Shown here: piece by piece, positions 49,996-59,713 of the stretch | Position numbering within the stretch: position 1 is the stretch's first letter | How the letters are laid out: every line of letters begins with the position of its first letter | Assembly (NCBI GenBank): GCA_963716395.1 | Contig: OY970309.1 | Location: 64,001 to 128,000, forward strand | Source: an uncultured Fibrobacteria bacterium | GTDB taxonomy: Bacteria > Fibrobacterota > Fibrobacteria > UBA11236 | Length of the DNA: 64,000 nucleotides | Reading direction: 5' to 3' | Program-made: the position numbers and the translations under genes | The notes under the pieces: generated by a model | The model's input: only the letters and a program-made list of their open reading frames with translations | Told to the model about the DNA's origin: nothing | Database searches by the model: none

Positions 49996-51171
49996 ACCCG
50001 CTTCGGGTTCGACCCACAAAACGGCGGCCCGGCCGCGCAGACGCGTAAACACCAAGGTGGCCGAGGCCGGGCCGCGCGGTTGCAAACGCCGGCGCCAGGC
50101 TTCGGGGTCTATGTCGATCCCCCGTTTTTTGATCTCGAGAATGCCGACGTCGTGCTTTCCCAGTTCGCGGCGCAACAAGGCCGCGTCGCAAGGCAGCACC
50201 CGCTTCAGGCGATAGCATTTCCACAGCGGAGACGGCGGACGCTGCGGCCCGCTGAGATAGGCCAGGCGGCCGTCGAGCTGCCACAGGCCTTCGCGTTGCG
50301 CCAGCACGCCGAAGAGGTGGGCGCGCACCACGCATTTCACCGGTTCGTACAAATAGTCGCCGGGATCTTCGACACGGCCGAAACTGGTTTCGAGATCGGC
50401 CGACGCAGCCTCCACCACGGCCTGGGCGGGGAGTTCGACCGCCCGGATGCTTCCGGCCCGACCGAAGTCTCCGGTGCGCACCGTGAGTTCGAGGCAGGAG
50501 TCGCGCCATCCCAGATATTCGCACTCGTATTCGAGCAATTCGGCCGGAACCCGGGCGCCGGGCCCGAGCTTCACCACCGCATTCCGGAACCTTGCCACCA
50601 GAGACAAGACCGCCTCCCAACCCGGTTCGGGGTCGGCATCGTAATGCCGAACTCCATGGGCCAAAGCCCGCCGGGCCGGATCGAGCAGAATGCCCTCGAC
50701 GCGGGCCTGAAAACGGGCGGCATCGGCCCGCACCGCCATGGCAGGACGAAATAGTCCGACATTGTGGCGGTAAGCCCGCAGGATTTCCCCGTGCAGATCG
50801 ACCCCCAGCAACGGAATTGCGGCCGGCACATGCAGCGAATCGCCTCCCAGCCCGCAACACAAGTCGGCCAAGGGCCCGACGCCGGCCGGTAAACGCCCGG
50901 CTTTGTACCGCGCCAAGGGCTCGGGCGTCATTTGCTGCAAGCCCAGCGGCGTAAACAGCATGCGGTCGGCGTCGCGATGTTTGGCGCGCGCTCGCAAACG
51001 CAGAGCGCGTTGTTCCAGCACCGCCGTCCGCCAGAACGCCGGCTGATTTCTCAGCCAGGGCGCCGCAGCCAACTGCAAATCGTCGGCTTCCGCCTCCAGC
51101 GCGCGGCGCAACAAGGCTGCGCCCGGTTCGGAGTTCAGGAAGGCCAGCTTGGAAAGCGAGGAAAAATTCAC
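49984..51171 (-). CDS. Class I SAM-dependent methyltransferase with THUMP-like domain
   Basis: DLCCGLGGD, DPARR, VKLGPG, YLYEP, IKKRG. GTG start at 51171. Confidence 0.85.
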   Translation of the reverse strand: MNFSSLSKLAFLNSEPGAALLRRALEAEADDLQLAAAPWLRNQPAFWRTAVLEQRALRLRARAKHRDADRMLFTPLGLQQMTPEPLARYKAGRLPAGVGPLADLCCGLGGDSLHVPAAIPLLGVDLHGEILRAYRHNVGLFRPAMAVRADAARFQARVEGILLDPARRALAHGVRHYDADPEPGWEAVLSLVARFRNAVVKLGPGARVPAELLEYECEYLGWRDSCLELTVRTGDFGRAGSIRAVELPAQAVVEAASADLETSFGRVEDPGDYLYEPVKCVVRAHLFGVLAQREGLWQLDGRLAYLSGPQRPPSPLWKCYRLKRVLPCDAALLRRELGKHDVGILEIKKRGIDIDPEAWRRRLQPRGPASATLVFTRLRGRAAVLWVEPEAGSGL

Positions 51172-51694
51172 GTGCTCAGCACCTGGCGGTTGGCGGCACC
51201 AACCACAGCTTCGGAATTTGGCCCAAAAAGTCAAGCTCCACGAGATCCTCCCGGCCGCCCAACTGACTGCGCGGTAAAATAGGATGGAGGGCCGGTTCCG
51301 GCGGTCGAAATAAGGTGAGGTCAGCGCGTTGCCCATAATAACTTCGATTCCGAACCAAATCCGGACGGGGTAATCTACACGTTACCCGGATGGCGCTCCG
51401 GATTGCAGTCGTCTTTTCCCGCGTGCGGTTCGCATGGCGACCCGATGGCAAAATCCGCGCGGCCTGCCGCGATCCGCCTGCCGGCGCCCTCCCCGACTTC
51501 GACCGCAACCCGTTGTGGCATCGGGAGTTCGCGCGCCGGCACCTGCAAACACCTTTCCCGCCCCCGCGGAAAGGCCTTGGCTGTTGGGTCGGCGACCACT
51601 TGACACGGGTCTTTGCAGGCAATAGACTTAACTCAAGAAGCCTGCACGCGAAGCCGCTGTCACAGCCTTGCGAAGGATTCTCGGGAGGTACCGC

Positions 51695-52084
51695 ATGAAG
51701 CCGCTCTACGTCAAATGTCCCCAATGCAAAGAGGTCAGCGAACTCTTCTTGGGCTCTGAGGCGTATATGATTGTGCTGAATTGTCCCTCCTGCAACGTCG
51801 CCTTGATGTATTACTACGGCAAGACCTTCGAAATCGACGAGAGCGAGATGGAGAAAATCCAGGGTAACCTGCAAATGACGACGGTGCAGGGCATCCTCAA
51901 AAGCATCAATGCCCGGGAGCAAGGCAAGCAGGCCGTAGCCGCGGCGCCGGCATCCAGCAGCCATCCTTCGCATAAGGTCGGCGTTCCCGTGCGCGAGAAC
52001 GCCTTTGCGCAGGACGACATCACCAATTTGAAAATAGAATTGGCGCTGATCAAAGACGTGAGCGATTTCGTCAACAGCATTTGA
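51695..52084 (+). CDS. Zinc-ribbon-like hypothetical protein
   Basis: CPQC...CPSC. GGAGG SD. Confidence 0.75.
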   Translation: MKPLYVKCPQCKEVSELFLGSEAYMIVLNCPSCNVALMYYYGKTFEIDESEMEKIQGNLQMTTVQGILKSINAREQGKQAVAAAPASSSHPSHKVGVPVRENAFAQDDITNLKIELALIKDVSDFVNSI

Positions 52085-52116
52085 ATCCGGCGAACCTTCG
52101 CCCATCTTCCTTTCCC

Positions 52117-54216
52117 TTATTTTTCACGCTCTTTTCCCTGCGCCTCGACCCGGTGGCAGGCGATTCTCGCGCCGCCGGCCAAGGTTCGTAAGGCCGGCAT
52201 TGCGGTTTCGCAGTCGGCGTGGCGCTCGCGCAAATACAACGGGCAGCGGTTGCGAAAGGGACAGCCTTGCTCCAGGCGTACCGGCTCAACGTCGGGATAT
52301 TCGGCGCAAACGGATCGCAGCGTGGCATTTCCCGCGGAAGGGACCGAAGCCAACAGCAGGCGGGTGTAGGGATGGCGGGCGCGTTCCACGGTGAAATCCC
52401 CCACCGGCGCTTCTTCGATCAAATGCCCCATATACAGCACGCCGATGCGGTGGGCCAAGAGTTTGACCAGTTCCAAGTTGTGGGAAATGAAGAGATAGGT
52501 GAGGCCGAGCCGGTTCTGAAAGTCGCGCAGCAGGCCCATGATTTGCGATTGGATGGCCAGGTCGAGGCTGGAAACCGGCTCGTCGCATACCAGCACCTGC
52601 GGCCGGGAGATGAGCGCGCGCGCGATGGTGACGCGCTGCTTCTCGCCCGAGCTCAGGTTGCCGGGAAAGCGATCAGCATGCCCGGCGTCGAGGCGCACCT
52701 GTTCCAACACTTCGGCGATGCGGCGGCGGACTTCCGTCCGCGATAAACCTTTTTCGCGCTCCAGGCCTTCGGCCAAAATGGCCGACACGGTCATGCCGCC
52801 GTTCAGCACGGCTTCGGGGTGCTGGAACAGCATGCGGATTTCGCGGCGCAGCGCGCGCAGCCGCTCCTTGCCGGCGCGGAGCAAATCTTCGCCGCGGTAG
52901 AAGATTTCGCCCTCGTCCGTGGCTTGCAAGACCAGGAGCGCAAGCGCCAAGGTGGATTTGCCCGATCCGCTTTCGCCCACCAAGGCGTAGGTACGGCCGG
53001 CTGCGAGCGTAAGCGAAACGCGATCCAATCCCCAAAACTCTTTGCGGCCCTGATGAAACCGCTTGCGCACGCCGCGCAATTCCGCCAGCGTCCCTGCCGC
53101 GGAAACTGCGGCCGCAGGCCCGGTCGGCGCGGCGGCGGGCGCGTTCCGCCGGCTTTTCGACTGCTCGGGAAAGTGGCAGCGCGCCCAGGTGTGCGCCACC
53201 GCGAATCCGGACACAGCGCCTTGCAACCCGGGCTTGTCGGTCTCGCAACGTCTCTGCTCTTCGGCGTTCAGGCGGCCATACCCGCCGCATTGCGATCGAT
53301 AGGCGCACCCGGGTCCGTGTTCCGGATCGCGCGGCGGCGGACTCTGGGGTTCGCCGAAACGCAAAAACGCCTCGACCAGAGAACCGGTATAGGGATGGCG
53401 AAAGCGGTGCAGCACCTCGTCGGTGGCGCCGCATTCGACCACGGCGCCGCGGTGCATCACGTACACGCGGCTGCATACCTCTTGAATCACCCCGATGTCA
53501 TGCGAGATGAGCAAAATGGAAAGGCCGTATTGCTCGCGCAGACGCCGGAACAATTCCAACAGTTTGGCCTGGGTGGTCACGTCGAGGGCCGTCGAAGGTT
53601 CGTCGGCGATGAGCAGCTTGGGCCGCACGCACAGGGCCATGGCGATCATCACCCGCTGGGCCATGCCGCCGCTGATTTCATGCGGATACAAATCCAGCAG
53701 GGATTCGGCATCGACCAGTCCCACCTCGCGCAGCATGTCGGCCGCCCGCTCGCGCCACGCCGCTCCCACGCCTTCGGCGCGGCGGTGCATGGCTTCGTGC
53801 AGATGTTCGCCCACCCGGAAATACGGGTCGAGCGCGGCGCGCGGCTCCTGAAAAATCATGGCGGCTTCGCGGCCGCGCAGGTCTTGCAGCAACTGCCGCT
53901 GCGCGCGCTCAAAGGCGCCGGCGCGCTTGCGGATCGCGCCCGCCTTTTCGCGCGCGTATTCGCCGCACGGCGGCAGCAACGGTTTGCCGTCGAGAAAGGC
54001 TTCGCCGCGCCAGACGCCCGGAGCGCCGTGCAGCAATCCCAAGAGGCCGGTGGCCAAGGTGGTTTTACCGCTGCCCGACTGGCCGATGAGACCCACGATT
54101 TCGCCGGTTCCCACCTGCAGCGAGACGCGGTTCACGGCGTGCAGATAGGCGCCGGCCGATCCAAAGGCGATGGAGAGGTCGCGCACGTCGAGCAGGGGAC
54201 GATCAGCCGCGTTCAC
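52117..54216 (-). CDS. Fused DppD/DppF-type ABC ATPase
   Basis: Two NBDs (GQSGSGKT, ISGGM, DEP; GESGSGKS, LSSGE, DEP), each with an HPYT and Cys-rich C-terminal domain. Confidence 0.93.
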   Translation of the reverse strand: MNAADRPLLDVRDLSIAFGSAGAYLHAVNRVSLQVGTGEIVGLIGQSGSGKTTLATGLLGLLHGAPGVWRGEAFLDGKPLLPPCGEYAREKAGAIRKRAGAFERAQRQLLQDLRGREAAMIFQEPRAALDPYFRVGEHLHEAMHRRAEGVGAAWRERAADMLREVGLVDAESLLDLYPHEISGGMAQRVMIAMALCVRPKLLIADEPSTALDVTTQAKLLELFRRLREQYGLSILLISHDIGVIQEVCSRVYVMHRGAVVECGATDEVLHRFRHPYTGSLVEAFLRFGEPQSPPPRDPEHGPGCAYRSQCGGYGRLNAEEQRRCETDKPGLQGAVSGFAVAHTWARCHFPEQSKSRRNAPAAAPTGPAAAVSAAGTLAELRGVRKRFHQGRKEFWGLDRVSLTLAAGRTYALVGESGSGKSTLALALLVLQATDEGEIFYRGEDLLRAGKERLRALRREIRMLFQHPEAVLNGGMTVSAILAEGLEREKGLSRTEVRRRIAEVLEQVRLDAGHADRFPGNLSSGEKQRVTIARALISRPQVLVCDEPVSSLDLAIQSQIMGLLRDFQNRLGLTYLFISHNLELVKLLAHRIGVLYMGHLIEEAPVGDFTVERARHPYTRLLLASVPSAGNATLRSVCAEYPDVEPVRLEQGCPFRNRCPLYLRERHADCETAMPALRTLAGGARIACHRVEAQGKEREK

Positions 54217-55237
54217 GAAACTCCTGCCGGGCGTTCAGACCGTCGCCCAAATAGAAAAACCCCAGGATGGCCAGAATGATGGCCACGGCCGGGAAAAAAG
54301 TGATCCAATACTGGCCGCTGAAAAAGGTGAGGCGGCTGCCCTCGATGATGTTGCCCCAGGAAACCGCGGGCGGTTTGGTTCCGAATTGCAGATAGCTCAG
54401 CGTGGTTTCGGTGAGGATGGACTCGGCCATGATGAGCGAGAACTGAATGAAGAACACGGCGCGGTTCTGATACCAGAACAAATGCCGCGTCAGAATGCGA
54501 AAGTCTCCCAGCCCGCCTTCTTTGGCGGCGAGAACAAATCCCGTGCGCGCCAGCATACGCACGCGCGTGGCGATGAGTTCCGAAACGCGCGGAATCAGGC
54601 AGGCTCCCAGCACGGCCATGGTGAGGTAAATGTTGGGTTCGAGGGCGCAAATCACCACCAGAATAAGCACCATGCGCGGCATGGAGAGCACCGTGCCGTT
54701 GAACAGTTGCACCGCGCGCCGCCAGCGCCCTTCGTAATACCCGGCCAGTAGGCCCAGGGGCACGCCCAATCCCAACGCCACCCCGCAGGCCACCAACCCC
54801 GGCAGAAAACAATTGCGGGCGCCCGCCACCAACAGCGCCACCATGTCGCGGCCGTTACGATCCGTGCCGAGTACATGCCGGCTGCCGCGCAGCGCCTCGG
54901 CCAGCGCGGTGAGACTCGACACGGGTTGGGGAGCGGCAACGCCGGCGATGGCGTTGAGCATGTCCTGGTTCTCGCCGCCCCGGGAAATGTCGGTTTCCCC
55001 CGACCCCCGGTAGCGCTGCAGCAATAGTTGGCGGCCGGGATCGGTGGTCATCAACTTCATCAGCCAGGGCCAGGCGGGCGGCGCCAACTGGTGCTCCAGA
55101 TCCAAATCATCGGGGCCGTAATGCACCCATTTCGGCCCCAGCGCCGCGCCGGCGGCCAACAGAAACACCAAGCTCCCGCCCGCCAGGATACGGTAACTCC
55201 CCGGTTGACGCCGCCAGGCCGCGAATCCCATGCTCAT
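54203..55237 (-). CDS. DppC/OppC-type ABC permease
   Basis: HVLGTD..GRD, FV.AA...G, E..LSYL.FG, SWG, GDGL. Confidence 0.92.
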   Translation of the reverse strand: MSMGFAAWRRQPGSYRILAGGSLVFLLAAGAALGPKWVHYGPDDLDLEHQLAPPAWPWLMKLMTTDPGRQLLLQRYRGSGETDISRGGENQDMLNAIAGVAAPQPVSSLTALAEALRGSRHVLGTDRNGRDMVALLVAGARNCFLPGLVACGVALGLGVPLGLLAGYYEGRWRRAVQLFNGTVLSMPRMVLILVVICALEPNIYLTMAVLGACLIPRVSELIATRVRMLARTGFVLAAKEGGLGDFRILTRHLFWYQNRAVFFIQFSLIMAESILTETTLSYLQFGTKPPAVSWGNIIEGSRLTFFSGQYWITFFPAVAIILAILGFFYLGDGLNARQEFRERG

Positions 55238-56145
55238 CGCCTCAGGCGCGGATCGATCCACGCCGCCAGCACATCGTTTAAAAGCAGCAACGAACGCACC
55301 ATCACGGCCATCACCAAGGTGATGCCCAGAATCACGGAGAAGTCGCGCTTGAGCGTGGCCTCCCACGACAGCCAGCCCAAACCATGGAAATTGAAAATGC
55401 GCTCCACCACCACCAGGCCGCCGAGTAGCACCGCGATATTGGTCACGGCAATGTTGAAAATAGGCAGGACCATGGAGCGCAGGAAATGCGGCCACAGGCG
55501 AACGCCCCGCGCCCGGGCCGCGCGAATGAACATGGCGCCGTTGATGTTCTGTACTTCGAGCGAAATGAAGCGCACGAACTCGCCATAGGATCCGTTGCCC
55601 AAGGCCAGCACCAGAATGGGCAACCCGTAATACGCGGCCCAGGGCCAGAAGTGAAAAGGGCCTTGGGGCGGAGCGGTGATGTAGACGTGAAAGGCGTTGA
55701 AGGCCACGGCCAGCACGATGTAGCCCAACACGAAGGCCGGGACCGACGACAGGGTGTACACCACCAGGCTGAGCCCTTTGCCCATCGGCGCCTCGGGATG
55801 CAGGCCGCGGTAGACGCCTACGGGCAGGGCCAGGAGCAAAGACATGAACAGCGAGCCGAAGGTGAGCAGCAAAGTAGGCGGAGCGTAACTGCGCAACAGC
55901 GATGCCACCGGCGTGCCATCGATCATGGAAATGCCGAAATCCAAATGCAAACAACCGGCGACCCAATGCAGGTATTGGATGGGCAAAGGCCGATCCAGAT
56001 AGAGCAGGTGGGCGGTGTGCGGGGAAAGGTTGTGGATTTCGGCGATGTCCCCCGGCGTCAAATGCACGATGAAAAAAATCGCCAGCGACACCAGCGCCAG
56101 GGAGCCGATGAAAAAAAACAGGTGTTGGAGCAGAGGGCGGATCAT
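55234..56145 (-). CDS. DppB/OppB-type ABC permease
   Basis: PGD, LDRP...QY..W, DFG.S, ARARG, VE.IF...GLG, DPR. Confidence 0.92.
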   Translation of the reverse strand: MIRPLLQHLFFFIGSLALVSLAIFFIVHLTPGDIAEIHNLSPHTAHLLYLDRPLPIQYLHWVAGCLHLDFGISMIDGTPVASLLRSYAPPTLLLTFGSLFMSLLLALPVGVYRGLHPEAPMGKGLSLVVYTLSSVPAFVLGYIVLAVAFNAFHVYITAPPQGPFHFWPWAAYYGLPILVLALGNGSYGEFVRFISLEVQNINGAMFIRAARARGVRLWPHFLRSMVLPIFNIAVTNIAVLLGGLVVVERIFNFHGLGWLSWEATLKRDFSVILGITLVMAVMVRSLLLLNDVLAAWIDPRLRR

Positions 56146-56218
56146 TTCCGGCCCGCCGGCGCCGAAGCAACCGCGACCGGGCGCCCACCGGCGAAAGCCG
56201 TAAATTGGCGGGGCGGAA

Positions 56219-56635
56219 TCACTGGCTGGATTTTAGAATTTTCTCCCCCATACCGTTTCCGCCTTCGGTGGGCCCCCCGCTTTCCAGGGCTTCATCTTTA
56301 CCTTGGATTTCGCGGCTCATGCGCACGATGATGTTCTTGTTCGCCCCCTTCTTGGGCCGGTAGCCGCGGACGAAGCCGGTGTTACCGTCTTTGTCTTCGG
56401 CGATCAAGGTGTAATCGTTACTGGGAACGACATTGTCGGAAATTTCAAAATCGCCCTCTTTGCCGACGTGCACCGATTCGGTGCGCGGCGACGTGTACAC
56501 CACGATGTCGCCGTTCTCCAGCTTGCTGCCATCGGGTTTCACCACGCGGCCGCTCAGGGTGGTCCCGCAGCCGGCCAGCAACGCAGCGGTGGCGAACACG
56601 GCTGCGAGAAGAGGAATGCGACGCGTGTTTGCCAT
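56219..56635 (-). CDS. Lipoprotein with carboxypeptidase-regulatory-like (prealbumin-like) domain
   Basis: Lipobox LAGC, then LSGRV...G.F.I..V...Y.L.A pattern. Confidence 0.75.
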   Translation of the reverse strand: MANTRRIPLLAAVFATAALLAGCGTTLSGRVVKPDGSKLENGDIVVYTSPRTESVHVGKEGDFEISDNVVPSNDYTLIAEDKDGNTGFVRGYRPKKGANKNIIVRMSREIQGKDEALESGGPTEGGNGMGEKILKSSQ

Positions 56636-56638
56636 GGG

Positions 56639-58252
56639 TTAATCCCTTTCGTCCTCGGGTATGAACCACTCGTTGATGAACGTGAAGAAGCGGTAGGGAT
56701 GGATGACCGCCTTCTTGACCTTGTTGGCGATGGCGGCATTCTTTTCCAACGTCCACAGGAAGGTATAGGGGCAATCGTCGGCCAGAATCGCGTGCAACTG
56801 GTAATTGAGGCGGCGGCGCACTTCATGGTTGATCGAATTGGCGAACCGATCCAGAAGGCTGTCGACCTTGGGGTTGCTGTAAGAGATGAAGTTGTCGCCG
56901 TTGGGCGCGTTGTTCTTGGAGTAGAACAGCGAGGAGATGTCCGACGAGTTGTCGAACAACCATTCGGCGAAGGTGATGTCGAAGTCGTGCTGGCCTTTGA
57001 CCTCCTCTTTCCACTTCTCGTATTCCCGGTGTTGGAGATCGACTTCGACGCCGATGGCTTTGAGGTAGCTCTGAAAGCGCAGACACACCGACAACCCGCC
57101 TTCATTGCCGCTGTAAATGGGAATCTTGAGTACGAATTTAAGCGGCATGCCGTGGTATTCGCGAATGTGGGTGGTGGGGTTCACGAACATGCCGAGCTTG
57201 TCGAGCATGGCGCGCGCCCGGACCGGATCATAGGGCCACGGCGCCACATCGGGGTTATAGCCCCACGAAGCCGGCGAGAACGGGCCGGAAATCACCTCCC
57301 CTTTGCCGAAGTAAATGTCCTCCAGCATTTTGTTGCGATCGAGGGCCAGGGTGAAGGCCTGCCGCACCTCTTTGATTTTCAGGATGGGGTTGGTGCAGTT
57401 GTAGGCGAAGAAGTCGAAAGCAAGGGAATTGTACGGGATGATCTGGAATTTTCCCGTATTGGCGATTTGGGAAATCTCGGCCGGCGGAACCTCGACCATG
57501 AGGTCGATGGCGTTGAGCAGCAGGCTTTGCACCAGCAGCGACATTTCCGGTTGGTACACCATTTTGATTTCGGAAATATTGGCGGGGGCTTCGTAGTGAT
57601 CCTTGAAGACGTCGAGAACCACGTCATGGTTCTTGGTCTCATGATCGAATTTGTAATACCCGGTACCGATGGGATGTTTGCTGAAATCCGAAAACTTCGA
57701 CAAGGCGGTTTTACCGTTGAACACATGCTCCGGAATGATCTTGAACAAAAAGCGGCGCTCGGGTTCGGCCACGCTGCGGTTGAAGTCGAAGCGGATGACG
57801 TAATCGCCCAGCACGGTCACGCTTTTGACCACGTCGAGCGCTTTGCGGCTTTCGGGCCGCACGTCCGACAGGGGGTTCATGATGCAGTCGTAGGTGAATT
57901 TCACGTCGTTGGCCGTGAAGGGCACCCCGTCGTGCCATTTCACGTCTTTGCGCAGGTAGAAGGTGATGCGCTGGTTGCCGTTGAATACGTTCCATTTTTC
58001 GGCCAGACGACCCTTCACCTCGCCGCGGTAATCGATATACACCAGCGATTCGAACATGAGCTCCGAGAGGCGCAGGGCCGTCTCGTTGTCGGAGGTGGTG
58101 ATGGGATTGTAGGTGTCGGGCAGAATGGGCTCGGCATAGGTGAGCCGGCCGCCCTGGATTCCGGCCGCGAATAGGCCGGTGGCGCAGGCTAAAAGGGTCG
58201 CGGCCAACCGGGTCGCGCGTTCCCCCATATTTCGATGTGTGAAGAACTTCAT
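56639..58252 (-). CDS. Family-5 solute-binding protein
   Basis: LA..W, F.LR.DVKWHDG.PFTA.DVKFT, PIGTG.Y, VRQA...A.DR, YSNP.VD. Confidence 0.95.
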   Translation of the reverse strand: MKFFTHRNMGERATRLAATLLACATGLFAAGIQGGRLTYAEPILPDTYNPITTSDNETALRLSELMFESLVYIDYRGEVKGRLAEKWNVFNGNQRITFYLRKDVKWHDGVPFTANDVKFTYDCIMNPLSDVRPESRKALDVVKSVTVLGDYVIRFDFNRSVAEPERRFLFKIIPEHVFNGKTALSKFSDFSKHPIGTGYYKFDHETKNHDVVLDVFKDHYEAPANISEIKMVYQPEMSLLVQSLLLNAIDLMVEVPPAEISQIANTGKFQIIPYNSLAFDFFAYNCTNPILKIKEVRQAFTLALDRNKMLEDIYFGKGEVISGPFSPASWGYNPDVAPWPYDPVRARAMLDKLGMFVNPTTHIREYHGMPLKFVLKIPIYSGNEGGLSVCLRFQSYLKAIGVEVDLQHREYEKWKEEVKGQHDFDITFAEWLFDNSSDISSLFYSKNNAPNGDNFISYSNPKVDSLLDRFANSINHEVRRRLNYQLHAILADDCPYTFLWTLEKNAAIANKVKKAVIHPYRFFTFINEWFIPEDERD

Positions 58253-58300
58253 GGGATCAGCTGCCTTCCCTTTCCTTGAGGATTCCAGGTTCGCGCATCG

Positions 58301-59713
58301 TCATCCTCCCTTGCGGATGATATGTTCCGGCTCATAGCCGCGCGGCAGGGCGGCGGAAATGCCCTGCATGGCGTAATGCATCTGGCGGCATGCGGGAAAA
58401 TTCTTTTGCAGATGAAACAAGGTTTCCACAATTTCATCATAGCGCATCTTGCTCGTCAGAAAAATCGCGTAGGCATAGTCGCACATGTACTCGGGGTCGA
58501 TTTGATCGATGCGGTTGCGGAACTCGATCTTATAGCCCTTGGCGAATTCCGGAAGCGAGGCCTCAACCTGGCCCGAGGCCATGAGCAATTGCGCGCGCGT
58601 GCGATGGAAAATCGAGCCGTCATTATCGCGCAATGCCCGCTCCGCCAGCCGCAAACCTTTGCCGAGATCCGTGGCCAGAAAGTAATAACCTTCGGCGGCG
58701 TCCCTGAGCTGCCAGGGATCCTGTGCGGCCCGGCCCAGGCTGTCGAGCAAGGCGAGCGCCGCATCGAGCTGGCCCGCTTTCCCCAGCGCCTGGGCGCGCA
58801 CGACCCCGGTTTCCGGAGAGGGTTCGGCGTCTTTCAGAAAGTCCAGAGCTTCGCGATACTGCCCCAACAGCAGACAGGCTTCGGCCACGCCGCGATGGGT
58901 GTAAAACTTCTTGGCCAACTCCGGAAATTTTTTCTCCGCGTCCAGCAGGCGCATGCCGTCCCATTTGGACAGAGCGAGATAACCCTGTGCCAGCGTTTCC
59001 AAAAGCGACGGGTCGTAAAAATCGATCTGGGTGCTGAGCCCCGGGTCTTGCGACATTTCCGGTTTGTCGCAGTCTTGCAATACCGCCTGCAGCGCGGATT
59101 TGACTTCGTCGACTTGCGGCGTGGGCGAGCGGGACAAAATCGACAGGCGGCATCGGCGCGCCCGCGCCGATGTCGCTTTGAGTCCGGCCGGTATCGCGGA
59201 AGGGTCGGCGGCGGAAAGATCCAGGGCCTGCCATTGCGCCTCGTCGGATTTCGGCAGCGGTCCCGGCTTGTTCTCATGCTTTTCGTGGGCCCGAGCGAAA
59301 GCGAGAAACACTTCATCGCCGTCGGGGACCTTATGGCCGCCGCTGCGCTTGGCCTTTTCCAGAGAAGCAGCCGCTTGCGACCACTGCCCTTCGAGGTATT
59401 GCACCTGGCCCAGATAATAGAGGGAAAGCGGCGAAGCGGCGCCCGCCAGCACACCGTGGTAGTACTCATCTTGCAAGGCCAGCGAAAAGCGGTAGAAGTC
59501 GGCGTACATCGATCCCAGTTGATAATAGGACAGCGTCAGGCCCTTGAGGCTGCGAACACCTTTTTCATCCAAGGTGGCGTGTTGCACGTCGGGTTCCCAC
59601 AGCGAAGCGGCTTCATCGTAGCGGTGCCGTCGAAACAAATCGACGGGATCAGGGGTGATCGCCCCCGCCAGAATCGGCAAACCCAGGAGGATTTTAATTT
59701 TTGAAAAGATCAT
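58301..59713 (-). CDS. Exported TPR-like helical-repeat protein
   Basis: Signal peptide and repeated YYxLG/A...L.KA helical units. Confidence 0.75.
   Translation of the reverse strand: MIFSKIKILLGLPILAGAITPDPVDLFRRHRYDEAASLWEPDVQHATLDEKGVRSLKGLTLSYYQLGSMYADFYRFSLALQDEYYHGVLAGAASPLSLYYLGQVQYLEGQWSQAAASLEKAKRSGGHKVPDGDEVFLAFARAHEKHENKPGPLPKSDEAQWQALDLSAADPSAIPAGLKATSARARRCRLSILSRSPTPQVDEVKSALQAVLQDCDKPEMSQDPGLSTQIDFYDPSLLETLAQGYLALSKWDGMRLLDAEKKFPELAKKFYTHRGVAEACLLLGQYREALDFLKDAEPSPETGVVRAQALGKAGQLDAALALLDSLGRAAQDPWQLRDAAEGYYFLATDLGKGLRLAERALRDNDGSIFHRTRAQLLMASGQVEASLPEFAKGYKIEFRNRIDQIDPEYMCDYAYAIFLTSKMRYDEIVETLFHLQKNFPACRQMHYAMQGISAALPRGYEPEHIIRKGG

Noticed and set aside
51176-51690. Small ORFs between the methyltransferase and zinc-ribbon genes
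   Set aside because: No convincing composition, SD or motif. Treated as a divergent promoter region.
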